From contig CBDHHL010000032.1 in the NCBI GenBank assembly GCA_965263355.1, positions 3,200,001 through 3,264,000 of the forward strand: a DNA stretch of 64,000 nt, read 5' to 3'. Of the stretch, positions 55,369 to 64,000 are shown in pieces (within the stretch, counting starts at the first letter, position 1; every line of letters begins with the position of its first letter). Under the pieces are notes generated by a model. It worked only from the letters and a program-made list of their open reading frames with translations. It was not told where the DNA came from and searched no databases. The position numbers were made by a program, and so were the translations under genes. The stretch comes from Leptolyngbyaceae cyanobacterium (GTDB lineage: Bacteria > Cyanobacteriota > Cyanobacteriia > Phormidesmidales > Phormidesmidaceae).

Positions 55369-57081
55369 TTACTGAGGGCTGGGAAGAGAATTAGTCTGCA
55401 GACAAGGTGCTGAAATCAGAATTTTCCCCTGATCTTGAACAACTTTACAGGTAGGTAAAAGTTGTTGCAGTGCGGAAGGTTGTTGCCGTAGTTGATTAAT
55501 GGCTGCTGTCCATTCTGTTCTATATTGACGTAACCAAAGTTTAGGCAAAGTGTTCAGGTTAAAAGAATTTTCATCCACTAGCCAAAAGTCAATGTCATAT
55601 TTGTCAATTACAGACTGTAATACTGATCTGTCAGGGCTATACTGCGCTTGAATGAGATCCAATGTGCGCTCTCTAATTTGGCGATAATACTCCTGATGAT
55701 AGGCAATGCTGTGGCCACGACTTAAGAGCACTGAACGCCCCGTGAAGGCAGGAATGTTTTCGGCCTCATTGGCAAGAGAGGCAATGCGAATATCCTGTGG
55801 CTGTTGGTTTATATACTCATAGAGTGCCGTTCGATTTGACTTCACATAGACAACATTGAGAAAACTGTTGAGGAATAGGGGATAGCCCACCGTGGTGATG
55901 GTGATACCTGCAATTATTGCTAGGGCAGTAATCTGTTTCCAGAGGCTATAAGGTGCTTTATAGAGCCGTCTAAGGCCACTATCCAACCATGTTATTAAGA
56001 CCATGGCAGCTGCTAAGGCAACGATAACTTTGATGCCATGGCGGCTATAGCGGCTGGGTAAATGCAACCAAAATAAAGTGGCGTGAGATGCTAAAAACAT
56101 CAGAATTCCAGCCAAGCCAATCTGGACTATAAGAACACCATTGGGGGTGATTTTTTTGAGCAGTGGTGGACGAAACCAGAGCATTAAGGGTAACAGCAAT
56201 GACAGTGCTGTGGTGGTCGGGGCGACGGGGGGGAAGAATCCACTGCGACTGGAGAATAGCCAAAATTTCCACCATTTATCTCGGAAAAATGCATTGCGGC
56301 CACCCGCTTGAAATTCGGCCATGGTTTTGGCTTGTTCCAGGCTGACAACGGGACCATAGGGGGAGGTTTCTAAGGCATAGGGTAACAGCACCAAGATTGC
56401 GATCGCGCCACCCACAATCAAGAATTTCAGATGATGTTTTTTGTCATTTTTGTTAGTTGTTGGCCATACCACTCGTAGTGCCAGGACTACAACCGATATA
56501 AACACCAGGTGTGGGTAGAAAAAACCCTGCAAGGCAATGGCAATGGCACAGCCCCAAATATTACGGCGAGCGACATAAACCAAAAAGACAATCACCAGTA
56601 ACACACTAAATCCTTTGGGGGTGCCTGATGCCACTTCATCCCACATCCAAAGGGACTGATTGAGAATAACTGTATTAACAAATGCCACCAGCGGCACGGG
56701 AATGATGGCTAAAGCCAGATAAAACGTGTAGACAGTGCCTGCTAAGCAAATGAAGGGAGGCAGGAGTTTGTTAAATAGAAATGGATTAATCCCGATTAGT
56801 GATCCGAAACGATACAAGGCTTTATAGCCTATCGGGGCCACAGACTGAAAATAGTCAGCCATGAGGTCATCTGGAAACATCATTGGATCCACATAACGCC
56901 ACATCCAAAACACATGCTGTCTAGCATCATCCTGGATCCCATAGGGACCCTCGAAGGCAATGCGCCAGAATAAGATGCCATAAAGCATGGCAATGGCCAG
57001 ACTAGCCATTAGCCAAAGGTTTTGCGTTTTGGGGGTGGAACGCAGACCGTATTGGTGAATCCAGTTGACAAGAGTCTTCAC
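55369..57081 (-). CDS. Polytopic membrane protein, probable GT-C fold glycosyltransferase-like
   Basis: Many TM segments, DD motif in the first loop (IQDDARQH), soluble C-terminal domain. Confidence 0.6.
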   Translation of the reverse strand: MKTLVNWIHQYGLRSTPKTQNLWLMASLAIAMLYGILFWRIAFEGPYGIQDDARQHVFWMWRYVDPMMFPDDLMADYFQSVAPIGYKALYRFGSLIGINPFLFNKLLPPFICLAGTVYTFYLALAIIPVPLVAFVNTVILNQSLWMWDEVASGTPKGFSVLLVIVFLVYVARRNIWGCAIAIALQGFFYPHLVFISVVVLALRVVWPTTNKNDKKHHLKFLIVGGAIAILVLLPYALETSPYGPVVSLEQAKTMAEFQAGGRNAFFRDKWWKFWLFSSRSGFFPPVAPTTTALSLLLPLMLWFRPPLLKKITPNGVLIVQIGLAGILMFLASHATLFWLHLPSRYSRHGIKVIVALAAAMVLITWLDSGLRRLYKAPYSLWKQITALAIIAGITITTVGYPLFLNSFLNVVYVKSNRTALYEYINQQPQDIRIASLANEAENIPAFTGRSVLLSRGHSIAYHQEYYRQIRERTLDLIQAQYSPDRSVLQSVIDKYDIDFWLVDENSFNLNTLPKLWLRQYRTEWTAAINQLRQQPSALQQLLPTCKVVQDQGKILISAPCLQTNSLPSPQ

Positions 57082-57232
57082 AGCAATCAGAAAGAAACTG
57101 GGCGATGCCTAATCCATGTCCAAGGTCAACGGTTTCTTCTATAGAAAAAATCACTTGAGAACATGGGACAAAGCCTATCTTACTAAAGGCTATGCTCTAT
57201 CTATCGCTGTCTTGAACTACGAGTACCCTGGC

Positions 57233-57700
57233 TTACGTTGCTTTTATCAGTACCAAATCGCCGTCAATAATAGCTTCGTAGGGCGCTAGCGGTTGAGTTG
57301 CAGGGCCTGTGTTTACGCTACCATCAGTGTTGAATTTTGACCCATGGCAGGGGCAGGCCAAGAGGTTATCTTTCCACTCAACGCCACAACCCTGGTGGGT
57401 ACACATGGAGTTGAGGGCGATAATGCTATCGGCATTAGCTGGATCACGAATGACAATGACGGGACCGGCAATAAAGCCTTTTTTGCCGAGATACCCATTG
57501 GCATCCAAGTCAGCGACGGTGCCCAAGGCAGCAAACCCATCAGCTCGGGGTGTTTCGTCGATTTTTTTTGGAGCGGTAGCGGACTCTGCTTCAGGGGCTT
57601 CAGACGTAGTTTCGGTAGAGTTACAGGCTGCGATCGCAATTGGCAACGATGTAGCTAACAGGCCTAACCCAAACAAGCTGCTAAACTCGCGACGTTTCAT
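57233..57700 (-). CDS. Rieske 2Fe-2S lipoprotein (PetC3-like)
   Basis: Tat signal KRREF, lipobox IAAC, CTHQGC and CPCHGS. Confidence 0.92.
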   Translation of the reverse strand: MKRREFSSLFGLGLLATSLPIAIAACNSTETTSEAPEAESATAPKKIDETPRADGFAALGTVADLDANGYLGKKGFIAGPVIVIRDPANADSIIALNSMCTHQGCGVEWKDNLLACPCHGSKFNTDGSVNTGPATQPLAPYEAIIDGDLVLIKAT

Positions 57701-57852
57701 ATTCTTTCCTCTCTTTAGTTACTGGAATCTAGGGGGTGGATGTGGGTTTACCCACTAGTATTGTGTCAAGTTCTAATTTTTGGATAAGGCCGTGAATAGT
57801 GATATGCGTAAACGCATGGCCTTGGGCTTTTGTGGTGATTAGTGACAGACAG

Positions 57853-59628
57853 CTAGGTGCTGGTTTCAGCGGCTGGCAATCCGCTCAACCATCCTTGATG
57901 CCGAATGACTGTGATCAGCACGAATAGCAGGTCTAGACCCACGACACCAGCGATGATTAATTCAGAACCACCGGTCCCAAATCCATAGCTGTGTAGCCCT
58001 GTACCTAGCACAAAGTTAACGCCATACCAGGCCATTAGCACCGCATTAAAAGCCACTACACTGGCAACACTGATACCAAAATTGCCAATCCAACCTACTA
58101 AGCGACCATGGAGCGGTACCAGGTAGCAGAGTAAGGCAATTAAAGCCCAGGTTTCCTTTGGATCCCAGCCCCAGAAACGACCCCAGGAGAAGTGCGCCCA
58201 AATGCCACCTAAAATAATACCAGCCGTCAATAATAGGACACCAACCTGGAGGACACGATAATTTAGCTGGGAAAGTAGCTTGATACGTGACTGGGCATTG
58301 GGGGTAAACAGGTAGCTCCCCAGAGCGACATGACCCAGACCCAACGCTAGGGCAAAGCTAGCGTAGCTCAGGGCAATGGTGGGGACATGAATACTCAACC
58401 AGAAGTTATCACGTAGGACTGGTACTAGGGGTGAAATGCTAGGATCTAACACCGCCGGTAGGCTATCGGCCAAAATCAGACAAATAACCGATAGGGGAGC
58501 CGCTGCCAATACATAGTACTTGGACCGATACAGCAGCTCAAACATCAGGGCAATAGCAGCAATGCCAAAGCCAACCCACACTACGGACTCGTACATGTTG
58601 GTCACTGGTGGGCGACCGGCAATTTGCATCCGTAGCCAGAAGCCACAGCTTTGTACAGCCACACCCGCAACAAAGGTACCTATGGCAGTCCAATATAGAT
58701 TAAAGGGCTGTACCCATAGGGCCATCAACATTAAGACAAAGGCAATACCATAGAGCTGCCATGCTTTAGCAAAGGGATGAAAGTGGTTAAAAAACACTTC
58801 GCGCTGCATGACACCGTCTGCTGGATAAACCGTGGGGCTAAGACTCGCTAAGCCATCTTTTAGAGACTGGGCCAGGGGGGCCAGCATAGGCAGATGGTCA
58901 GTGCCTGATAAAACTGTCTGTTTAATAATGGCGAAGTTGGCTAACAGTGGAGCCACTGACTCGGCATCGTACAGGCTTTGGGCCTCGGTAATGCCAACCC
59001 ATTTGCCTTTGATGTCAGTGGGATGGGGGACGATTGCGATCGCATTATCATCCACCATACTCAGCATTAGTTGTAGCCGGTCTTCAATGGTTAAAGCTTC
59101 TCGCTCATCACGGGTCAAATCTTCCTCGTCAATTTGTTTCTGGTGTGCCGCTCTAACCACCTCCCCTAAGGACTGATTTCTCATCAACGTTGCGAAGGAG
59201 AAGTGTTTTTGTTCCAAATCCAGCCCCGCCAGCTCTTTCAAGGGGCGATAGCTAACCAACACAAAGGGTTCTTCGTTCCAGTTGCGATTGTTGAGCCACA
59301 GTGACATAAAGGTTTCCATGGCGCTTTCTTCAACCCCATTGTGCTTGTAGGTGGTGGCCCCATAGATTTTGGCAACCGTTTCCTGAGCCACCGTATCCAG
59401 TGGCTTTTTCCGCCCACCCTGTTGCACAGTTATGGTCTGTAGGCTGTCTAGAGTCGATGGCTGAAACTGGCTGATGGGCATTGCAATGAGCAACAGCCCA
59501 AGGCATAAACCAATGACAAATTTAAGAAGTTTCATGGGATGTGGCTTGTACATAGTGGTATGCGAAGCGCAGGGTCTTAGATCTTTAGTTTGATATTTTG
59601 ATGCGGATGGGATGATGTCGGTCGCCAT
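57853..59628 (-). CDS. ccsA: Long System II cytochrome c synthase CcsA/ResC
   Basis: RPPVTNMYES, WLSIHV, WAHFSWGRFWGWDPKETW, GLHSY; large N-terminal soluble domain (GRKKPLDT); start may be 59535. Confidence 0.92.
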   Translation of the reverse strand: MATDIIPSASKYQTKDLRPCASHTTMYKPHPMKLLKFVIGLCLGLLLIAMPISQFQPSTLDSLQTITVQQGGRKKPLDTVAQETVAKIYGATTYKHNGVEESAMETFMSLWLNNRNWNEEPFVLVSYRPLKELAGLDLEQKHFSFATLMRNQSLGEVVRAAHQKQIDEEDLTRDEREALTIEDRLQLMLSMVDDNAIAIVPHPTDIKGKWVGITEAQSLYDAESVAPLLANFAIIKQTVLSGTDHLPMLAPLAQSLKDGLASLSPTVYPADGVMQREVFFNHFHPFAKAWQLYGIAFVLMLMALWVQPFNLYWTAIGTFVAGVAVQSCGFWLRMQIAGRPPVTNMYESVVWVGFGIAAIALMFELLYRSKYYVLAAAPLSVICLILADSLPAVLDPSISPLVPVLRDNFWLSIHVPTIALSYASFALALGLGHVALGSYLFTPNAQSRIKLLSQLNYRVLQVGVLLLTAGIILGGIWAHFSWGRFWGWDPKETWALIALLCYLVPLHGRLVGWIGNFGISVASVVAFNAVLMAWYGVNFVLGTGLHSYGFGTGGSELIIAGVVGLDLLFVLITVIRHQGWLSGLPAAETST

Positions 59629-59633
59629 TGCGA

Positions 59634-61451
59634 CTAAGCAGCGGGTTTACCGGAACGGTTCGAGAAAAAGCTAAAAATTGGAATAGGTGTAGCAGCTCCG
59701 TCCTTGCTATCTTGGACCTCAGGCGAACCTAGAACGTCACCTAAAAACTGGAGCTTTTTGGCCACGGATCTACCATAGAACATGATAGCCACACCTAAGG
59801 TAACCATCAGTGACCCTAGCCAGGTCAGCCCGGTTACCCACCAGGGCTCCCGTTTAACCTGTAGCGTAGACTGAGCTAAATCACCAGGATTCCAGGATGC
59901 TTGAGCAATTTTCCAACCCTGAAACCAGGTAGGATGATTCATCCAAACACGACGTTCAAATAGCTCACCTGTTTGTGGGTCTATGAGGGTGACCAAACTG
60001 GTCCACATAGCGACAGACTCACTACCCTCATTGCGCTCCACAATAAAGTCATTGAGTTTAAGGGCAAAGGGAAGGCGCATTAATTTGGGGCTAAAGGCCA
60101 CATACCAATCCTCTGTTGATGTGGCGACTGTAGTCGGTTCACCCCAAGGAATCCATGCAACTTGACCATCTGTCGTTGCTACCTGTAAGGCCGGTTCTCC
60201 CCCACCAGCTCCCTCGGGTAAGGGCGTTACATCTCGTTCCACCTTCGCCTGGGGCACGTAGTCTTCAAGCGTGATTTCAAAGTCTGCCCAACCTGGCGTC
60301 ACAGATTGTCCGAGGGCAATCGGTCCAGATTTAAACCCTTTAGAAGACCTGGCTGCGTAATAAAGGCCACCCTTCATGTCTACGACGATTTTAAAGAACG
60401 CATCTGGTTGGGAGTTGGCATCGATTTCATAATCGATATTAAGGGCTAACGGTGCACCTCCCGCTAGCTGGGTACGAATAGAGTCAAACCCAGGGGTGCC
60501 AAAGATAAACCAACGTTCAACAACGTCACCTGTAGAGACCTCTAACTGCACTGCTGGATTCCGCAGCTGCTGGGTGACCGTTTCTGGCTGGCCATTACCA
60601 TCCAGTCTAAAATCAGGCCAAAAACCCTGAACCGTGAGATTTATATCACCCAGAACAAGGGATTGATTTAAATTGGACCTAACATCTACAGTCTCTGTGC
60701 CATTAGGGAGGGCAAGCTGTAAGTTCCCCCAAGGCGCTTCAACATTCTGAGCAGGAGCAGTTAGCGTCTGTTGCAACTCCTGCTCAGAATGTACCGTTTG
60801 AATTTGCAATTCAGCCGGTCCGATATCCATCCGATCATAGGCGGCTGGGGCAGCTGCTAACCAACGCTCAAGTGTTTGTCCCATGCGTTGACTAGTCAGA
60901 GAAAGACGCACAGCTGGATTATCGATGGCAGCACCATCGATAAAATGAACGGTTTTAATCGCATGTTTGGTATATCCCAACAGGGATAAATCTCCCAAAT
61001 GATCAGGAACAATATGACCACTGTCCTTAATAAACAGAGAAGTTTGTTGATTCTCTTTGCCGGGGATGGCAAGTTCCAAGAGATCGCCGTCCACTCGTAA
61101 TGTACTAACAGGACCGCCATCGGTACGGGCTAGCAGCATGCCTTCCACACTCAAATGAATAACAGCGGCTGAACCTGCAATAATCACAACTAAGCCCCAG
61201 TGAGCAATGGCAAAGCCAACCTTACGAGCACCTTTCCAGGGATAGCGCAGCAGTGTGGAAAGACTGAGATTTACTGCCAATAAAAACATAAGAGCCCCAA
61301 ACCACGGGCTTTTATAAATTTCTTGTTGGACAACAGTTGCTCCCACTTCGGACTCATAAAATGTGGCACCAATCAGAATAGAACCGATTACCACCAGCAG
61401 CGGTACAGCCAGTCGAATCGAGCCAATAAATTGGATTACAGCAGACGTCAT
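59634..61451 (-). CDS. ccsB: System II cytochrome c biogenesis protein CcsB/ResB
   Basis: Three N-terminal TMs with AHWG His, LPFALKL.DF, MNHP..F.G.KI.Q.S, EP + C-terminal TM. Confidence 0.85.
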   Translation of the reverse strand: MTSAVIQFIGSIRLAVPLLVVIGSILIGATFYESEVGATVVQQEIYKSPWFGALMFLLAVNLSLSTLLRYPWKGARKVGFAIAHWGLVVIIAGSAAVIHLSVEGMLLARTDGGPVSTLRVDGDLLELAIPGKENQQTSLFIKDSGHIVPDHLGDLSLLGYTKHAIKTVHFIDGAAIDNPAVRLSLTSQRMGQTLERWLAAAPAAYDRMDIGPAELQIQTVHSEQELQQTLTAPAQNVEAPWGNLQLALPNGTETVDVRSNLNQSLVLGDINLTVQGFWPDFRLDGNGQPETVTQQLRNPAVQLEVSTGDVVERWFIFGTPGFDSIRTQLAGGAPLALNIDYEIDANSQPDAFFKIVVDMKGGLYYAARSSKGFKSGPIALGQSVTPGWADFEITLEDYVPQAKVERDVTPLPEGAGGGEPALQVATTDGQVAWIPWGEPTTVATSTEDWYVAFSPKLMRLPFALKLNDFIVERNEGSESVAMWTSLVTLIDPQTGELFERRVWMNHPTWFQGWKIAQASWNPGDLAQSTLQVKREPWWVTGLTWLGSLMVTLGVAIMFYGRSVAKKLQFLGDVLGSPEVQDSKDGAATPIPIFSFFSNRSGKPAA

Positions 61452-61552
61452 AAGCAGGCAATAAGCAAAATTCCATTGAAGATCCCATTAGGGAAACCTT
61501 ACAGACGGTCAACAATATTCAACAATCTTCACTGTGAATCCAAGACTTTTTT

Positions 61553-61589
61553 GTATCTGTAGGTACAGAAAAGTTGTATTTTTTGTTAC
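61553..61589. promoter_or_regulatory. Two tandem NtcA-type boxes
   Basis: GTA-TCTGTAGG-TAC (61553-61566, extended TGTA..TACA) and GTA-TTTTTTGT-TAC (61576-61589). Confidence 0.6.
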
Positions 61590-62193
61590 CAACCCCAGTA
61601 TTATTCAAAAACTGAATTGATCTATGGCAATAAATGCAAGACGATTTGGGTTTAACTAAGTTTTTAGCGACTTCACTTAGATGAGGTTAGGTATCTTTTG
61701 CTGATTGAAAGTATATATTCAGCTAGTGTTTTAGCTTCCTTTATGGATGTTTATGGATGCGTGAAATACCCTTGCCCTAATTTTCTTTATTGAAAATAAG
61801 CTTGATTCTTTTCTTGCAACTGACAAATGCGATAAAGGAATTTTATTGTTGTTTTGGTAGCTGAAGTCACAAAAAAATAGTTGAGATCGCCATACTTTGA
61901 TACTCAACATGAGTAATTCCCGATCCATCAGAGTTAGCATTTTGTCTTTGCGAAATGCTTTTATGATGGGTTTTTGAGTTAATCATGCCTCTTCTTGTTA
62001 TCTAGGTTGCCGTCACTCTTGATTTGGTGTCGGTGAGTTTGCTTTTAGAGCCGTCAACTTCATCACATATGTAGTGCGTTAGCTGGGTTGTTTGAGTCTA
62101 AAGGGATTCTTCGGCTTGTTGCGCATGATGTTTTTTGAGGTTCTTTGCAACAAAGCATGTGATGAAAACTTGTTGAATTGAGACTTACCAGGC

Positions 62194-63192
62194 ATGTCCT
62201 TAAATGTTGAGTTGTTAGAGCAAAGTTTCGAACTCGTAAAGCCCCAGGCAGATGAGCTTATGAGCAGCTTCTATAACAACCTGTTCACAGACTATCCGGC
62301 GTCTAAGCAATTGTTTGAGCACTCAGATATGTCCAAGCAGAAGCAGATGCTTAAGGGTGCTTTGGTGATGACTGTTGAAAATCTTAGGAGACCTGACGTG
62401 CTCAGTGATGCACTTAAGGGTTTGGGAGCACGTCATGTGAAGTACGGGGCTTTGCCAGAGCATTATCCAATGGTTGGTCAGAGTTTGCTTAAGGCTTTGG
62501 CGCAGCATGCAGGCGATGCCTGGACTGATGAGCTTCAAGAAGCTTGGGCAGGAGCCTATGGTGTCATTACTGAGCTGATGCTTGAGGGTGCTGATTACGC
62601 TCCGGAGGAGGTGGCCTTAGAGAGTGCGCCTGCGCCGACTGCTGAGGAAGGTGGTCTGAATATTGAGGTTTTAGAGCAGAGCTTTGCTTTAGTGGCTCCC
62701 CAAGCCGATGATTTGGTTTCAACGTTTTACAATTATCTGTTTACAGATTATCCAGAGTCTAAAGCTCTGTTTGAGCATACTGATATGTCCAAGCAGGCAC
62801 AGATGCTCAAAGGTGGTCTAGTGATGGTGGTGGAAAATTTGCGCAAGCCTGATGTTTTAAGTAAGGCTTTGAAAGGGTTGGGGGCTCGCCATGTGAATTA
62901 CGGGGCTTTGCCCGCTCACTATCCATTGGTGGGTAACAGTTTACTAAAGGCCCTTGAGAAACATGCAGGTGCCGCTTGGACCGCCGAAGTTAAGGATGCT
63001 TGGGTAGATGCCTATGGGGCAATCACAGAGCTGATGCTTGAGGGGGCTGACTATGATCAGCAGGATATTCAGTTGGATTCTGCAGCGGCAGTCCTGCCTG
63101 AGCCACCAGAAGGTATTGGGATGGGGAAAGTAGCAGGCATCATTGGGGCTGGTTCAGTTGCCTTCATTGTTTTGTTGATAGTGTTTCTTTAG
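62194..63192 (+). CDS. Tandem two-domain globin with C-terminal membrane anchor
   Basis: Two repeats of LEQSF...FYN.LFTDYP.SK.LF..DMSKQ..ML...LGARHV.YGALP.HYP.VG..LL...AW..AY..I..LM; hydrophobic C-terminus. Confidence 0.93.
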   Translation: MSLNVELLEQSFELVKPQADELMSSFYNNLFTDYPASKQLFEHSDMSKQKQMLKGALVMTVENLRRPDVLSDALKGLGARHVKYGALPEHYPMVGQSLLKALAQHAGDAWTDELQEAWAGAYGVITELMLEGADYAPEEVALESAPAPTAEEGGLNIEVLEQSFALVAPQADDLVSTFYNYLFTDYPESKALFEHTDMSKQAQMLKGGLVMVVENLRKPDVLSKALKGLGARHVNYGALPAHYPLVGNSLLKALEKHAGAAWTAEVKDAWVDAYGAITELMLEGADYDQQDIQLDSAAAVLPEPPEGIGMGKVAGIIGAGSVAFIVLLIVFL

Positions 63193-63198
63193 TATTGG

Positions 63199-63849
63199 TT
63201 GCTTAGAGAGTTGATGGCTTTAAGGCAACGACTAGGTAAATTGTTGTCGCTCAAGACAGGGATTGTCTTAGCGTTATTAATTCTGCTTGTGTGGATTTCG
63301 GCAGCGTTTGCCCTAGATCAAAAACAGATTTTTTTGCCGGGTGAAACGTCTGAAGGTCACCATGTTTTTGAGGCATCCTGTGCGTCTTGTCATGAAGGGT
63401 TTAAGCCCGTCAGCAACGAGAACTGTGCACGATGCCACGAGGCTGAACTGGCTGATGATGTGCATGGGGTGAAAAAGTTTCGTGATCCCCGTTGGGCAGA
63501 ATATCGTGAAAGAGTAGATGTTTTAACCTGTACGGCTTGCCATAATGAGCACGTTCATATGTTTGGTCGTGGAGTCAATCTACAGCCAGATTTATGTATG
63601 GCTTGTCATGAGGAATTGACGCTGACGCAGCTCAAGAGTCATGAAGGATTTGCCCCTGATGGTTGCTGGACGGCGGGCTGTCATAACTATCATGATCATC
63701 GAACTATATCTACTGGTTTTTTACGGCAAAATATGGGGCAGCCCGATATGCTGCCAGTCCAGGAACTGCCGGATAGGGTTGTGACGACATCGCTGGAAAC
63801 TGCGCCTGAGCCCGATCTCCAGCAGGAGTTTTTGGGAGGTGGCTCATGA
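63199..63849 (+). CDS. Multiheme c-type cytochrome (cytochrome c3-like)
   Basis: N-terminal TM/signal; CASCH, CARCH, CTACH, CMACH and CWTAGCH. Confidence 0.92.
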   Translation: MLRELMALRQRLGKLLSLKTGIVLALLILLVWISAAFALDQKQIFLPGETSEGHHVFEASCASCHEGFKPVSNENCARCHEAELADDVHGVKKFRDPRWAEYRERVDVLTCTACHNEHVHMFGRGVNLQPDLCMACHEELTLTQLKSHEGFAPDGCWTAGCHNYHDHRTISTGFLRQNMGQPDMLPVQELPDRVVTTSLETAPEPDLQQEFLGGGS

Positions 63850-64000
63850 TGCGTCAAGTCATAGGTTTGCTGCGTTCTGTTGCTGTGATTATCCTGGTGC
63901 TTCTGCTGGTGTGTGGTACGGTTCCAGTTGCTAGTGCTACGACAGAGCAAGATTTGAATGACATCACAGTCCTGTGGCAAAACAGTGCTCACGCGCTTAA
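63846..64000 (+). CDS. Exported protein, probably a second multiheme cytochrome c (partial; not in the ORF track)
   Basis: ATG overlaps the previous TGA; MMRQVIGLLRSVAVIILVLLLVCGTVPVASA signal, then WQNSAHAL (WxxSxHA motif); no CxxCH within the window. Confidence 0.62.
   Translation, partial: MMRQVIGLLRSVAVIILVLLLVCGTVPVASATTEQDLNDITVLWQNSAHAL

Noticed and set aside
61731..61940. 69-aa ORF in the ccsB-globin intergenic region
   Set aside because: AT-rich with no protein-like features; likely promoter DNA
59044..64000. Absence of HIP1 as proof of horizontal transfer
   Set aside because: At about one site per 3 kb, a 5-kb gap is unremarkable; similar gaps occur in core regions of this window

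Overview
Chromosomal window from a cyanobacterium, probably a marine filamentous Leptolyngbyaceae. The evidence is 22 copies of the HIP1 octamer GCGATCGC, Ni-SOD, CRR7, DUF760/DUF3143/DUF3326 genes and a cyanobacterial tRNA-Ile(CAU). Most of it is housekeeping: sodNX, scpB, an HtrA protease, acnB, sir, pstSCAB with a Pho box, menG, TPP riboswitch-symporter-thiC, pyrE, pgeF, cimA and a thiO-thiG fusion. Two accessory features stand out. (1) At 57.2-64 kb, a divergent locus has an atypical, long System II cytochrome c maturation pair (ccsB/ccsA) followed by a Tat-lipoprotein Rieske gene on the minus strand. On the plus strand it has a membrane-anchored tandem di-globin, a multiheme cytochrome c (4 CxxCH plus a CX4CH) and a further coupled exported protein running off the window. 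Two consensus NtcA boxes lie between the arms. This is the best candidate for an undescribed system, since multiheme cytochromes are unusual in cyanobacteria. (2) A vanadium-dependent haloperoxidase lies between thiC and pyrE. Several REP-like palindromes are also present, including a 46-bp perfect palindrome that contains a stop codon and one read in-frame inside the ThiO-ThiG linker. Gene calls come from motif recognition only; no searches were run.
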